DNA of 26,553 nt from a virus (Duplodnaviria; Caudoviricetes). The stretch lies in IMG/VR virus record IMGVR_UViG_3300020045_005630, positions 1 to 26,553 of that record. One strand, written 5' to 3'. This document shows, in pieces, positions 1 to 8,518 of the stretch (position 1 is the stretch's first letter; each line of letters starts with the position of its first letter). The notes under the pieces are model-generated. The model did not search any database and was not told where the DNA came from. It saw nothing but the letters and a program-made list of their open reading frames with translations. The position numbers and the translations under genes are program-made.

Positions 1-711
1 ATTATCAGCCGGAAGTGACGGTATAAACTTTTTATGCTCGTCTTCTGTTCCTTCTTTAAAAGGTACGTAGTAACGATTATAAACATGGTTCTTAGCCGGA
101 TTGAAACATTCAAACTGTTTTCTTTTTAGATTATATTTATCGTTGTTTCTCCATCCCGTACGCTCAAATAACTTATAAACTACTGATAGTTCAGTTTCAT
201 TACTTTCGTCTATTGCTGATCTGGTTAACTCAAAACCTCCAAATCTGGTATTTAACGGATCGCTAGGCTTATAAGCTGTATCAATCAAAAAAATATCTGA
301 CTTATTGCCTAATGATATTTTATTTAGCTCCTGATTGTAGTTATAAGTATTTTTAGCCGTTTTGTTTTGTTTCAGGTCAACTATTCCGTAAAACTCAAAC
401 TGTTTAAATAAAGTAAGTAATACAGTTCTTTTAAGCGTTGATAGTTCTTTACGTGCTAATCCCCATGCAATGTCAGGATATGCGAAACAATCAAAAATTA
501 TAGCAGTACATTCAATTATTGACTTTCCGCTGCGAGCTGATCCACCATATCCGACGTCAGTAGTAATTTCATCATTCAACAACTCTAAGGCACGAATCTG
601 TTTTGACGTCATATAAAAGTAATTCCCATCAGGATAGATACCGATAGGAATATGCTTGTATTCTTTACGCTTGTAAAGCTCTATATAAATGTCAAATTCG
701 TGAGAAGTCAT
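1..711 (-). CDS. terL: Terminase large subunit, N-terminal ATPase part (runs off the left edge)
   Basis: Not in the ORF track. Manual translation from ATG at 711: MTSHEFDIYIELYKRK...KQIRALELLNDEITTDVGYGGSARSGKS (Walker A)...ARKELSTLKRTVL. Lies downstream of terS, with an ATGA overlap with the 708..917 stop. Confidence 0.9.
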   Translation of the reverse strand, partial: MTSHEFDIYIELYKRKEYKHIPIGIYPDGNYFYMTSKQIRALELLNDEITTDVGYGGSARSGKSIIECTAIIFDCFAYPDIAWGLARKELSTLKRTVLLTLFKQFEFYGIVDLKQNKTAKNTYNYNQELNKISLGNKSDIFLIDTAYKPSDPLNTRFGGFELTRSAIDESNETELSVVYKLFERTGWRNNDKYNLKRKQFECFNPAKNHVYNRYYVPFKEGTEDEHKKFIPSLPADN

Positions 712-917
712 TTCGGTTCATCAATTAAAGGCATCCAATGCGTAGGATGACACCACCTATCAAAACCGTGTTCTATTCCTTGTGGAGATGTATTTTTACC
801 ACCAACATAATTTTGAATTGTTATTTTTTCATCGCCTGATTCTTCTGCCAATGGCCTAAATGTAATTACTTTTTGTCCTATTTTTGGCAATTGATCTTTA
901 ATGTTAATCCATTCCAT
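708..917 (-). CDS. DUF551-like phage protein
   Basis: MEWINIKDQLP...THWMPL matches the W-I-x-x-x-D-x-L-P...THWMPL signature of this family. Confidence 0.75.
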   Translation of the reverse strand: MEWINIKDQLPKIGQKVITFRPLAEESGDEKITIQNYVGGKNTSPQGIEHGFDRWCHPTHWMPLIDEPK

Positions 918-997
918 AATATTTTTAGTTTTGTTTTAGTACTGAATAAACGAGATTAACTAATTGATAATCAAAGTTAGTTTTCTATTTAACACTT

Positions 998-1477
998 CTA
1001 TTTTTCTTTCAATTTGTTAGTAGCATTCGCCCTCAATAGTAGTTCTTCGGTTGACAGTTGAGCTAAATCTAATACTTTCGGAGTCATTGAACCGTCTGAA
1101 CTTGACAAATCAACCTTTTCACCATATTTTTTAGGATATAGTTTTGCAGCTAACCACTTACGAGAATCTACTCTCAATCTATCTCTACTTATTACATGAT
1201 TATTTACTACTTCTCTGCCATCTGGTAATGTTATTAAGTCATCGCCAACACAATCAGCAATGTTTAATATATCCTCTGCCATTCGCTCTGCTCTAAGCTC
1301 AGTTGCTCTCGCGTATCTTTTTAGCCGAATTTCATTTTTATCCATAAATTCGTAAAAAGTAGCAGAAGATAGCCTATTCTTTAACGCTGAATATAAAGAA
1401 CTTCCGTTTTCTGAAATATCATTTATAATTTCATTGAATAGCTTTTCTTTTTCTTCTTCCGTCTTATTAGCTGCCAT
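998..1477 (-). CDS. terS: Terminase small subunit (Sf6 gp1-like)
   Basis: YARATELRAERMAEDILNIAD...RDRLRVDSRKWLAAKLYPKKYGEK motif; upstream of terL. Confidence 0.85.
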   Translation of the reverse strand: MAANKTEEEKEKLFNEIINDISENGSSLYSALKNRLSSATFYEFMDKNEIRLKRYARATELRAERMAEDILNIADCVGDDLITLPDGREVVNNHVISRDRLRVDSRKWLAAKLYPKKYGEKVDLSSSDGSMTPKVLDLAQLSTEELLLRANATNKLKEK

Positions 1478-1494
1478 TTCTTTTAACTTTTAAA

Positions 1495-1713
1495 CTAATT
1501 AATACAATCCTTGCAATACTTCCAACTGATAACTTTTTCTCCATCATCAAATGTTTTACTGCCAGCATAAGAGTTCCATTTTCCATCAAAATAAACTACT
1601 TCATACCAATTAGATTTTCCTAAATCGTTTATGTGTTCTATTTTTGCTAAAACTGGCTCTAATTGAATAGGATTATTTACAACATTTTTTTTGTTTTGTT
1701 TTTTGTTTTTCAT
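1495..1713 (-). CDS. Hypothetical protein
   Basis: 72-aa ORF with A-rich leader, co-oriented with neighbours. Confidence 0.6.
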   Translation of the reverse strand: MKNKKQNKKNVVNNPIQLEPVLAKIEHINDLGKSNWYEVVYFDGKWNSYAGSKTFDDGEKVISWKYCKDCIN

Positions 1714-1781
1714 GTCTTTTAATTTAAGCTGAATAGTGTTCTTATTTCGGTTTAAAATTAACTATTATAATTGAAATAACA

Positions 1782-1809
1782 AAGCCCTATCAGATTAATG
1801 ATAAGGCTT
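1782..1809 (-). terminator. Probable intrinsic terminator after 1818..2096
   Basis: AAGCCCTATCA-GATTAA-TGATAAGGCTT hairpin with a T-rich tail on the minus strand. Confidence 0.55.
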
Positions 1810-1817
1810 GTAAATTG

Positions 1818-2096
1818 TCAATTAAATTTGAAATAATATTCTGCTGCAATTAATTTAGCTTCTTTTAATGTGAATGCAGGACGGTTTAATTCATAGTCGT
1901 TATATGTAATGTTATCACTGCTTATTGTATGTAATGTAACTTGATATTTTATTGAATTTGCAGCGGTTTTATTATTTCTATAAATTCTAATCTGTTTTGA
2001 TTCGTTTATATTAAAAAATGTATATGTATTACTTTTTGTAGTTTTAAACTTACTGTTTGTAGCAAAATCTAATAATTGTGAATTTACGGTTTTCAT
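1818..2096 (-). CDS. Hypothetical protein with its own promoter and terminator (moron-like)
   Basis: 92-aa ORF; promoter at 2127-2159 and hairpin at 1782-1809. Confidence 0.7.
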   Translation of the reverse strand: MKTVNSQLLDFATNSKFKTTKSNTYTFFNINESKQIRIYRNNKTAANSIKYQVTLHTISSDNITYNDYELNRPAFTLKEAKLIAAEYYFKFN

Positions 2097-2126
2097 GATC
2101 TTTAGTTTTTGTGATTATTTATACAC

Positions 2127-2159
2127 CAAAGATACATCGAATACCCTATATGATTCAAA
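2127..2159 (-). promoter_or_regulatory. Bacteroidota sigmaA-type promoter
   Basis: TTTG-N21-TATCTTTG on the minus strand. Confidence 0.8.
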
Positions 2160-2205
2160 TAAATTCATGTGTTAGAAAACATCTTTTGAAAGTATTTTCA
2201 TGCTT

Positions 2206-2466
2206 TTACTTTTTAATTCCATTTTCAATCTCGTATGCTGTTCTTTCTTCTTTAGTATCGAAGTATTTTAGCTTAGTTCCTTCGGCCTGTAAATCAGATT
2301 CAAAGCCGTAAGTTGCTATTGCTTCAAATTCATCGTGAATGATCGTACCAGATTCATAAAACGATTGGCAGATTATGCAGTCGCAAAATGAAGTATTAAA
2401 TACTCTTTTACCTATTCGTGAGATAAACCATTGCTTTCTATCCATGACTTTAAATATTATGTACAT
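2206..2466 (-). CDS. Hypothetical protein (CxCxxC)
   Basis: ORF abutting the ssb stop; real start may be MDRKQW. Confidence 0.65.
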   Translation of the reverse strand: MYIIFKVMDRKQWFISRIGKRVFNTSFCDCIICQSFYESGTIIHDEFEAIATYGFESDLQAEGTKLKYFDTKEERTAYEIENGIKK

Positions 2467-2912
2467 CAGAACGGAAGATCATTTTCTGGATCTTCTGGTA
2501 ATTGTGATTGTGTAGCATATTCAGTAGGCGGTAAATTAGCTTTACTTTCATATGTTGGCAATTCTTCGCTTGTCTGGTTAGTTGGCTTATTTCCTAACAT
2601 TTCAATCTTTTCAACCTGAATATATGAGGCATAGTGTTTTACTCCGTCTTTCTCCCAATCTCTGGTTTTAAACTTTCCTTCGATGTAAATCAGATCGCCT
2701 TTTTTAACGTATTTTTCAATGATTTCAGCGAGTTTATTACTTGCTTGTACATTAATCCACTCAGTTGCTTCTTTCGGCTCTCCGGTCTGCTTATCGTTCC
2801 ATTTTTCAGAACAAGCGATTGAGAAGTTAACTACTTTAAAGTCGTTGTTTACTTGCCTTACTTCGGGTTCTTTTCCAATCCTGCCAATTCCGATGAATTT
2901 GTTTACTGACAT
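2466..2912 (-). CDS. ssb: Single-stranded DNA-binding protein
   Basis: MSVNKFIGIGRIGKEPEVR...KKGDLIYIEGKFKTRDW, acidic C-terminus ending in DLPF. Confidence 0.95.
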   Translation of the reverse strand: MSVNKFIGIGRIGKEPEVRQVNNDFKVVNFSIACSEKWNDKQTGEPKEATEWINVQASNKLAEIIEKYVKKGDLIYIEGKFKTRDWEKDGVKHYASYIQVEKIEMLGNKPTNQTSEELPTYESKANLPPTEYATQSQLPEDPENDLPF

Positions 2913-2915
2913 AGT

Positions 2916-3155
2916 TTATAGTTTTTCAAGTTCGTTTTTAACGGATACCCAATATTGTGAATAATGGTTATCTTCTTCTCTATTATTTGGAGGTGTTAAA
3001 TTTATATTTGGCAATAACTTTATTATTTCATCAACTGCAATTAAAGCGCACCGTTTGGCAGTTTCAAATTCAATAACTTTAATTTTTGTTTTTGAACTAT
3101 TGTCAATGCAATAATATTTTTTAAACAGTTCCTGAGCTTTTTCTTTTGCTTCCAT
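2916..3155 (-). CDS. Small phage protein (paralog of 3491..3712)
   Basis: KEKAxELFxKY...CALIxxDEII...YWxxVKxExEKL shared with 3491..3712. Confidence 0.75.
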   Translation of the reverse strand: MEAKEKAQELFKKYYCIDNSSKTKIKVIEFETAKRCALIAVDEIIKLLPNINLTPPNNREEDNHYSQYWVSVKNELEKL

Positions 3156-3156
3156 A

Positions 3157-3342
3157 TCAATATTCTTTTTGTAGGTTAATTTCGTTTAGTTCAATTTCTA
3201 TTTTTAATAGCTGTATTTCAAGTCTTAACTTGTCTTTAGTTAATTGCCTTAATTCGTTCTGATAAGTGATATATGAGCCAAATAAATAGCCTAAATAGAC
3301 CGAGCAGATAAATATTAAAATGCTTCTAATTTTTGATTTCAT
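3157..3342 (-). CDS. Small membrane protein with coiled-coil tail
   Basis: Hydrophobic ILIFICSVYLGYLFGSYI followed by a heptad-rich segment. Confidence 0.65.
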   Translation of the reverse strand: MKSKIRSILIFICSVYLGYLFGSYITYQNELRQLTKDKLRLEIQLLKIEIELNEINLQKEY

Positions 3343-3494
3343 AGCAGCTCACATTTAATTGATTCAAATAACTCCCACGGAATACGCTCTAAAGACCGAA
3401 TTTCAACTATTCCGCTTATTACAGTTACTTCTGTTATTCCGTAACGTTTTATCTCTTCGCTGAACTTAGATTGTAGTTTAGATAGTTGGTTCAT
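3339..3494 (-). CDS. Hypothetical protein, 51 aa (below ORF-track cutoff)
   Basis: MNQLSKLQSKFSEEIKRYG...; ATGA overlaps at both ends. Confidence 0.65.
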   Translation of the reverse strand: MNQLSKLQSKFSEEIKRYGITEVTVISGIVEIRSLERIPWELFESIKCELL

Positions 3495-3712
3495 AGCTTT
3501 TCAATTTCAGATTTTACATCATTCCAATAAGGTAATAAATCAGAACCTAAATTTAAGTCATAATTAAATTCTACTTCAATTAATTCTTTTATAATTTCAT
3601 CAATTGTAATCAAAGCACATTTTACTGATTGTTCTTTTGCTTTAAATGGATTTGATTTAAGAATAATCCAATATTTATTAAATAATTCCTTAGCTTTTTC
3701 TTTTGGTGTCAT
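3491..3712 (-). CDS. Small phage protein (paralog of 2916..3155)
   Basis: MTPKEKAKELFNKY...; preceded by TTTG-N19-TATATTTA (3734-3764). Confidence 0.75.
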   Translation of the reverse strand: MTPKEKAKELFNKYWIILKSNPFKAKEQSVKCALITIDEIIKELIEVEFNYDLNLGSDLLPYWNDVKSEIEKL

Positions 3713-3817
3713 AGTTTCAATTTTTAGTGATTATAAATATACTCAATTATAGTATTATTTCAAAGCAAAACACTATATTTGTTTCACTTCTTTTTGTTTC
3801 AAGGTTTAGTTTAGTTT

Positions 3818-3850
3818 ACCGGATAGTTTACTTAGGCTATCCGGTTTTTT
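3818..3850 (+). terminator. Plus-strand intrinsic terminator within a minus-strand gene block
   Basis: ACCGGATAG...CTATCCGGT 9-bp stem followed by TTTTT. Confidence 0.7.
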
Positions 3851-4146
3851 ATTTGTCCACAAAACTCGCAAGGTTGAACAACACCTTTCCTATTTGTAGG
3901 AAAATAATGATCACACGGTTTTTCAAATGGTTTTCTACAATAAGAACAAACTTTAAATCCAGCTTCTTTTTCCTGTTCTCTATTTGGATTATCACAATAA
4001 CAAATATCAGGTTCATTCCTTAAAAGCGGATGACTTACAACAAAGGCCAATAAATTACAACCTCTTCCAATTTCTGCCATTTCTTCTTTATACTTAATTG
4101 CTTCTTTTACAATTCTAAGTACTTCAAGGTTAGTTAAATTTGCCAT
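3832..4146 (-). CDS. Cys-rich hypothetical protein (putative zinc binder)
   Basis: CYC, CSYC, CDH and CEFC motifs. Confidence 0.7.
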   Translation of the reverse strand: MANLTNLEVLRIVKEAIKYKEEMAEIGRGCNLLAFVVSHPLLRNEPDICYCDNPNREQEKEAGFKVCSYCRKPFEKPCDHYFPTNRKGVVQPCEFCGQIKNRIA

Positions 4147-4147
4147 A

Positions 4148-4324
4148 TTATTTAGTATTACGCCTTGATTCTAAAATAGATTGCCTTGCAACGTCAGACA
4201 AGAATTTATCAGATAAATCATCTGGTAAATATTCATACTGTTCTGTATAAATAAATAGTTCTTCTGAGCAATTTGGACAAATACCACCTGATAGCTTTGT
4301 TCCACAATCTTCACACCATGCCAT
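4148..4324 (-). CDS. Zinc-ribbon protein, 58 aa (not in ORF track)
   Basis: MAWCEDCGTKLSGGICPNCSEE...; fills the gap between neighbouring ORFs. Confidence 0.7.
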   Translation of the reverse strand: MAWCEDCGTKLSGGICPNCSEELFIYTEQYEYLPDDLSDKFLSDVARQSILESRRNTK

Positions 4325-4325
4325 A

Positions 4326-4565
4326 TTATTTAATAATTAGATAACCGTTTTTAACTTCTGTATTATAGTTTTTTAATGCTGATTGAAACTGTTCAGCTTT
4401 TGAACCATTTTTAGGAATAACAATAACGCAACTTAACCCAAATTTATTCATTTGTTTTGTTTCAAAACTTCCGGTAGGTATATTCTGAAAATCAACACGG
4501 CTAAACGATGCTTTATTAAATCCTGATTTCTTTAATTCTTTTGTTATTTGAGAAGCTGTGATCAT
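4326..4565 (-). CDS. Hypothetical protein, first gene of the leftward transcript
   Basis: Start moved to MITASQ (4565), downstream of the -7 box at 4595-4602. Confidence 0.7.
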   Translation of the reverse strand: MITASQITKELKKSGFNKASFSRVDFQNIPTGSFETKQMNKFGLSCVIVIPKNGSKAEQFQSALKNYNTEVKNGYLIIK

Positions 4566-4594
4566 GTCTTTAGTTTTTAGTGTTTTTATATTCC

Positions 4595-4702
4595 CAAAGG
4601 TACTATATATAGTCACACCGTCAAAACAAATAAGTATGTTCTAAAGCATAAAAAATACCTGACTAAATATTTGGATTGTATTACTAAATATAGTTATCTT
4701 TG
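4595..4702. promoter_or_regulatory. Divergent promoter pair
   Basis: Minus: TTTG(4622-4625)-N19-TACCTTTG(4595-4602). Plus: TTTG(4670-4673)-N21-TATCTTTG(4695-4702). Confidence 0.85.
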
Positions 4703-4733
4703 GTGTATAAATTAATCACTAAAACAAAACATC

Positions 4734-5285
4734 ATGAACGCTCCTACAAACTTCGAATTTTGTCCACGTTGCTCAGGTAAAGGTAAATTAGATTGGACTG
4801 ATCATGATGGTGGTGTATGCTACAAATGTGAAGGTAAAGGATATATTGGCGAACGTAACGATGAGTTTGATTCATACGTTATTTATTTAGACGAATTACG
4901 CAAAAATGCTGCTAAATTAAGCAAAATGCGTTCAGCTATGATTAACTCTATTGTAACTAAATTGAATGGTCGTAAAGACTATACAATAAGCGATTTGATC
5001 ATTATGAATCGTGTTTCTGGCGAATATGTATTTTCAGGTTATAAATCAGAGTATGTATCTTTATTTGAAGCTCCTTATGTAGATGAATTATTTCAACTGA
5101 AAAGATATTCAGTAAAAGGATTAAACGCTTCTTTTATTCCTGAACTTAAAGAACAAGATCTTAATAAATTTGGTAAAAGTTTTGTCGCTAAATACGAAAA
5201 TGTATTAAAAACAGTTGGGGACGAGGGAAACGTAACAATTCAAAAAGTAGATAACAATTCAATAAAAATATCATTTAACATTTAA
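4734..5285 (+). CDS. Early protein with DnaJ-type zinc-finger motif
   Basis: CPRCSGKG...CYKCEGKG (CxxCxGxG twice). Confidence 0.75.
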   Translation: MNAPTNFEFCPRCSGKGKLDWTDHDGGVCYKCEGKGYIGERNDEFDSYVIYLDELRKNAAKLSKMRSAMINSIVTKLNGRKDYTISDLIIMNRVSGEYVFSGYKSEYVSLFEAPYVDELFQLKRYSVKGLNASFIPELKEQDLNKFGKSFVAKYENVLKTVGDEGNVTIQKVDNNSIKISFNI

Positions 5286-5327
5286 CTAACCATTTAAAGC
5301 TGTCCTATCTGGCTACGGGGAAATAAA

Positions 5328-5597
5328 ATGAAATGCAAATATAGAAAATCATGCGGACATGACTATTGTAATTTAGAAGATTGTCCAGAATTTAAGAAAG
5401 CAACAAAAAAGATGAATTATTCAAAAATTGATAATGTAGTACTTGATGGAATTGATACCAACGATTATCCAGATTTTTGCAATGCCTTTATTTTTAGTGC
5501 TGACTATAATGGAAAGCCAATGACCGAAGATCAACTAAATGAAATTAACGAAGATCATGATTACGTTTATCAAGAAGTAATAAACCATTTATATTAA
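5328..5597 (+). CDS. Hypothetical protein
   Basis: Acidic ORF (DGIDTNDYPDFC); alternative start at MNYSKID. Confidence 0.65.
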   Translation: MKCKYRKSCGHDYCNLEDCPEFKKATKKMNYSKIDNVVLDGIDTNDYPDFCNAFIFSADYNGKPMTEDQLNEINEDHDYVYQEVINHLY

Positions 5598-5601
5598 GCA
5601 C

Positions 5602-5808
5602 ATGAACGAAAAACTATCATTATTAACCCTCTTTATTGAGAAGCTAGAACAGGCTAGAACTGCCAAAATAAGCCAAAATAAAATATCTAAAGACACTGAC
5701 ATTGCCGTTAATACTATAAGTAGATATGTAAACGGACACGGTCAGATGCAAACTGACAATTACGAAAAAATAGTTAATTACATTAATACTAAACTTGATG
5801 AAAAATAA
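5602..5808 (+). CDS. XRE/Cro-like helix-turn-helix protein
   Basis: RTAKISQNKISKDTDIAVNTISRYVNG HTH pattern. Confidence 0.8.
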   Translation: MNEKLSLLTLFIEKLEQARTAKISQNKISKDTDIAVNTISRYVNGHGQMQTDNYEKIVNYINTKLDEK

Positions 5809-6103
5809 AGAACAATTAGAAAAACAAATCAAAGAATCTGCACGAATCAGAAATTGTCTAAAAGAAAGTTTTGATTTTGAAGAAGAATCGTACTATCAAA
5901 GACAGAAAATTGAAAAATATAACGAATTTATTGATGGTGCAAAATCAGAGTCATCTAAAGAATATTGGCAGAATGGAATGTATACACAAGAACAAATGTT
6001 ATCATTTGCTGATTATATATATGAAATATATTCAGATTCAGAATATAGCGTAAATGAATTATTTATTAAATGGATAGAACTCAATGAAAAAGCGAAAAAA
6101 TAA
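5795..6103 (+). CDS. Hypothetical protein
   Basis: Overlaps the HTH stop; FIDGAK...MYTQEQM pattern of small phage proteins. Confidence 0.65.
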   Translation: MMKNKEQLEKQIKESARIRNCLKESFDFEEESYYQRQKIEKYNEFIDGAKSESSKEYWQNGMYTQEQMLSFADYIYEIYSDSEYSVNELFIKWIELNEKAKK

Positions 6104-6209
6104 GATTCCGGCATTTATCCCGAATCAAAACTGGAATCAAAAAATAGGAGAACCTGGCGAACGAAACGAAATCGAACTACGCAAACAAAAAGAGAACCAA
6201 AAGAAGTTA
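6084..6209 (+). CDS. Small basic peptide, 41 aa
   Basis: MKKRKNKIPAF...ELRKQKRTKRS; fills the intergenic gap. Confidence 0.4.
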
Positions 6210-6240
6210 ATGCTAAACAACAAAAATAATAAATACTAAC

Positions 6241-6456
6241 ATGAAACTAAACACTAAATTATCGCTAAAGTATTGGATTGCCTTAATCGGATTTTGTGCA
6301 ATCGTTTTGTTCATACCTTACTCTGAATCTATTATTAATTCAGTTTCAAAAGCAATTAGTTTCGATTCAACAACGCTATTCTATCTGATCGTTGCTTTTG
6401 CTTCGGTATTGGTAATTATTAAAACTGTAATCGGAATTAAAAACATACTACGATGA
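6241..6456 (+). CDS. Small two-TM membrane protein
   Basis: Two hydrophobic stretches. Confidence 0.7.
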   Translation: MKLNTKLSLKYWIALIGFCAIVLFIPYSESIINSVSKAISFDSTTLFYLIVAFASVLVIIKTVIGIKNILR

Positions 6457-6608
6457 AACATTTATACGAATTAATTGTATTTCAGCTAAAAGAATTGTTT
6501 ATATACCTTGATAGCTTATCTTCTCAGACGATCTTTATTTGCTATGCTATTGCATTGTTCACACTTTATTTAATTTCAAACCGAGTTAAAAAACAATCTA
6601 AAAACTAA
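6453..6608 (+). CDS. Small membrane protein, 51 aa
   Basis: MKHLYELIVFQ...IFICYAIALFTLYLI; ATGA overlap with the upstream gene. Confidence 0.6.
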   Translation: MKHLYELIVFQLKELFIYLDSLSSQTIFICYAIALFTLYLISNRVKKQSKN

Positions 6609-6612
6609 TCAC

Positions 6613-7200
6613 ATGAAAGACTTAATGAATGCTTACACGCTTATTGACGTAGTTTTAATCCTGTTCTTTGTAATCTTATCACTCATTTACTTTTTGCGTC
6701 TTAAACAGGCTAAAAAGAAGCTAAAAACGTATCAGTTTCATACTACTATGTCGGCTCAGACAATGCAAGATTACGAAGATCAAATCAAGTTGCAATAATG
6801 TCAAATCGTTGACGTTAAAAAGTACTTTGAAGATGCTGTAGCTGAGATTACAGAACTACGAAATGAAAATAAACATCTTAATTCTGATTTAGTAAAATTA
6901 TATGCTGAAAATGCCAAACAGGATGAGCATAATGGGTTATTGATTGATGAAATTAATGATTTAAAATCTAATCGTGATTATTGGAAAGAAAGAGCATTGC
7001 ACCAGAAACATAGCAATCCAGTTAAACAGGTAGAAAGTGAATGGTATGAATGTTTGACTTCTTCTTATTATAATTTCAGAAAAGGGCATAATTATATAAA
7101 ATTAACAAATTACCTAAATATAAATATGTGTTGGATGATAAATGACAAAGGAAATAGAGTTATTGTTGAGCGCAAATATTTTAAACCAGTAGTAAAGTAA
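6613..7200 (+). pseudogene. Membrane-anchored coiled-coil gene interrupted by an in-frame TAA (6796-6798)
   Basis: 6613..6798 and 6940..7200 are in the same frame with no other stop between them. Confidence 0.65.
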
Positions 7201-7295
7201 TTCTTTACAACTGTTATATAACACATCAAATAGCTGTATTTATTCGCTAAGTATGGCTATTTTTGTTTCAGTATTAATCAAATAAAAACTAAAAC

Positions 7296-8357
7296 ATGGA
7301 ACTACAAAAAGTTGATCCTAAAGAATTCGGATTAGAAGAAATTCAAGTAGCAACAATTGAACAGGCTTTTATGCCTAAAATAGCTGAACGTGATGGATAT
7401 GCTCAAATTTATGAGCAATTAATCACAAAAGAATTAACGAAAGAACTTTGCAATGAAGCCGGAGACCTTCGTAAAAAGTTGGTTAAAACACGTACCGGAA
7501 TCGCCGATATTCACAAAACGCAAAAGGCTTTCTTTTTGTCGGCCGGACGTTTCGTTGATGCTTGGAAAAACAAAGAAACATTGCCTATTGAACAGATGGA
7601 AGAAAAGCTCTCTGAAATCGAAAAGCATTTTGAGCGAATTGAAGCCGAAAGAATTGCAAAACTTGAATCAGACCGTAAAACTGAAGCATTGAAATATACT
7701 GAGTTTCCAGCGTCTAATTTAGCCTCAATGAGCGAAGACACTTTCAATACTTACCTCGTAGGGTTAAAGGTTGCTAATGAGGCTAAAATTAAGGCAGAAC
7801 AGGAAGCCGAAGCCGAAAGACTTAGACTTATTGAAGTTGAGAAAGAAAATGCACGTTTAAAGGCCATTGAAGATGAGAAAATCAGACAGGAAAATGAAAG
7901 GCTAAAAGCAGAAGCAATTGCAAAGGAAAAAGAAATCGAAGCTGAACGCAAACGTCAGGCTGATTTATTGGCTAAACAAAAGGCCGATGCTGATGAAAAG
8001 GCACGTATTGAAAAAGAAAAGCAGGATTCAATTTTAGCCGAAATTGAAGCAAAGGCAAAGATTGAAAGGGAAAAGGCAGAAGCTGAACGCAAACGTTTAG
8101 AAGACGAATTAAAGGCAAAACAAGCCGCTGAACGCAAAGCAAAAGAATTAGCCGAACAGTTGGAATCTGGACGTATCGCAGCTGAAAAGAAAGCAGCCAA
8201 AGCACCAGACAAAGAAAAGCTAACAAAGATGGTTGATTCGATTGTTATCTCGATTCCTGAACTTAAAGATTCAAATGCAATTGCAGCCGCTAATGTGATC
8301 AATGCAAAATTTGAAGCGTTTAAAACATGGGCAAAAAGTCAGATTGAATCCGTTTAA
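7296..8357 (+). CDS. Long coiled-coil protein of the recombination module (DUF1351-like)
   Basis: E/K/A-rich heptads; LRKKLVKTRTGI...GRFVD N-terminal domain; promoter TATTTTTG at 7258-7265. Confidence 0.7.
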   Translation: MELQKVDPKEFGLEEIQVATIEQAFMPKIAERDGYAQIYEQLITKELTKELCNEAGDLRKKLVKTRTGIADIHKTQKAFFLSAGRFVDAWKNKETLPIEQMEEKLSEIEKHFERIEAERIAKLESDRKTEALKYTEFPASNLASMSEDTFNTYLVGLKVANEAKIKAEQEAEAERLRLIEVEKENARLKAIEDEKIRQENERLKAEAIAKEKEIEAERKRQADLLAKQKADADEKARIEKEKQDSILAEIEAKAKIEREKAEAERKRLEDELKAKQAAERKAKELAEQLESGRIAAEKKAAKAPDKEKLTKMVDSIVISIPELKDSNAIAAANVINAKFEAFKTWAKSQIESV

Positions 8358-8399
8358 AATAATTGTTGCATATATCAAAAGTGTTTTGTACTTTTGTCT

Positions 8400-8518
8400 A
8401 TGCGACAATTTGGAAAAATCATAGTAGATTCATATCAAAAGATATCCGTCAAACGTGGCGGTCAGGTTGTCGCAGACCAAAGATTTAGCATCTCTATTTA
8501 TTTAGGGGTGCTTTTCTT
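8400..8518 (+). ncRNA. Candidate small structured RNA
   Basis: -7 box TACTTTTG at 8389-8396; long-range TGCGACAA/TTGTCGCA pairing; terminator stem at 8487-8512. Confidence 0.45.

Noticed and set aside
972-1025. Possible sixth palindrome (TGCT-ACT-AACA) upstream of TAACTTTG
   Set aside because: Spacer is 3 nt rather than 4 and the site lies in terS coding sequence.
2111-4023. Plus-strand ORFs 2111, 2431, 2634, 2719, 3727
   Set aside because: Antisense to well-supported minus-strand genes or promoters; no motifs.
7434-8302. Several antisense and alternate-frame ORFs over the coiled-coil gene
   Set aside because: Shadows of low-complexity GAA/AAA/GCA codons; S/F/L/A-rich with no leaders.
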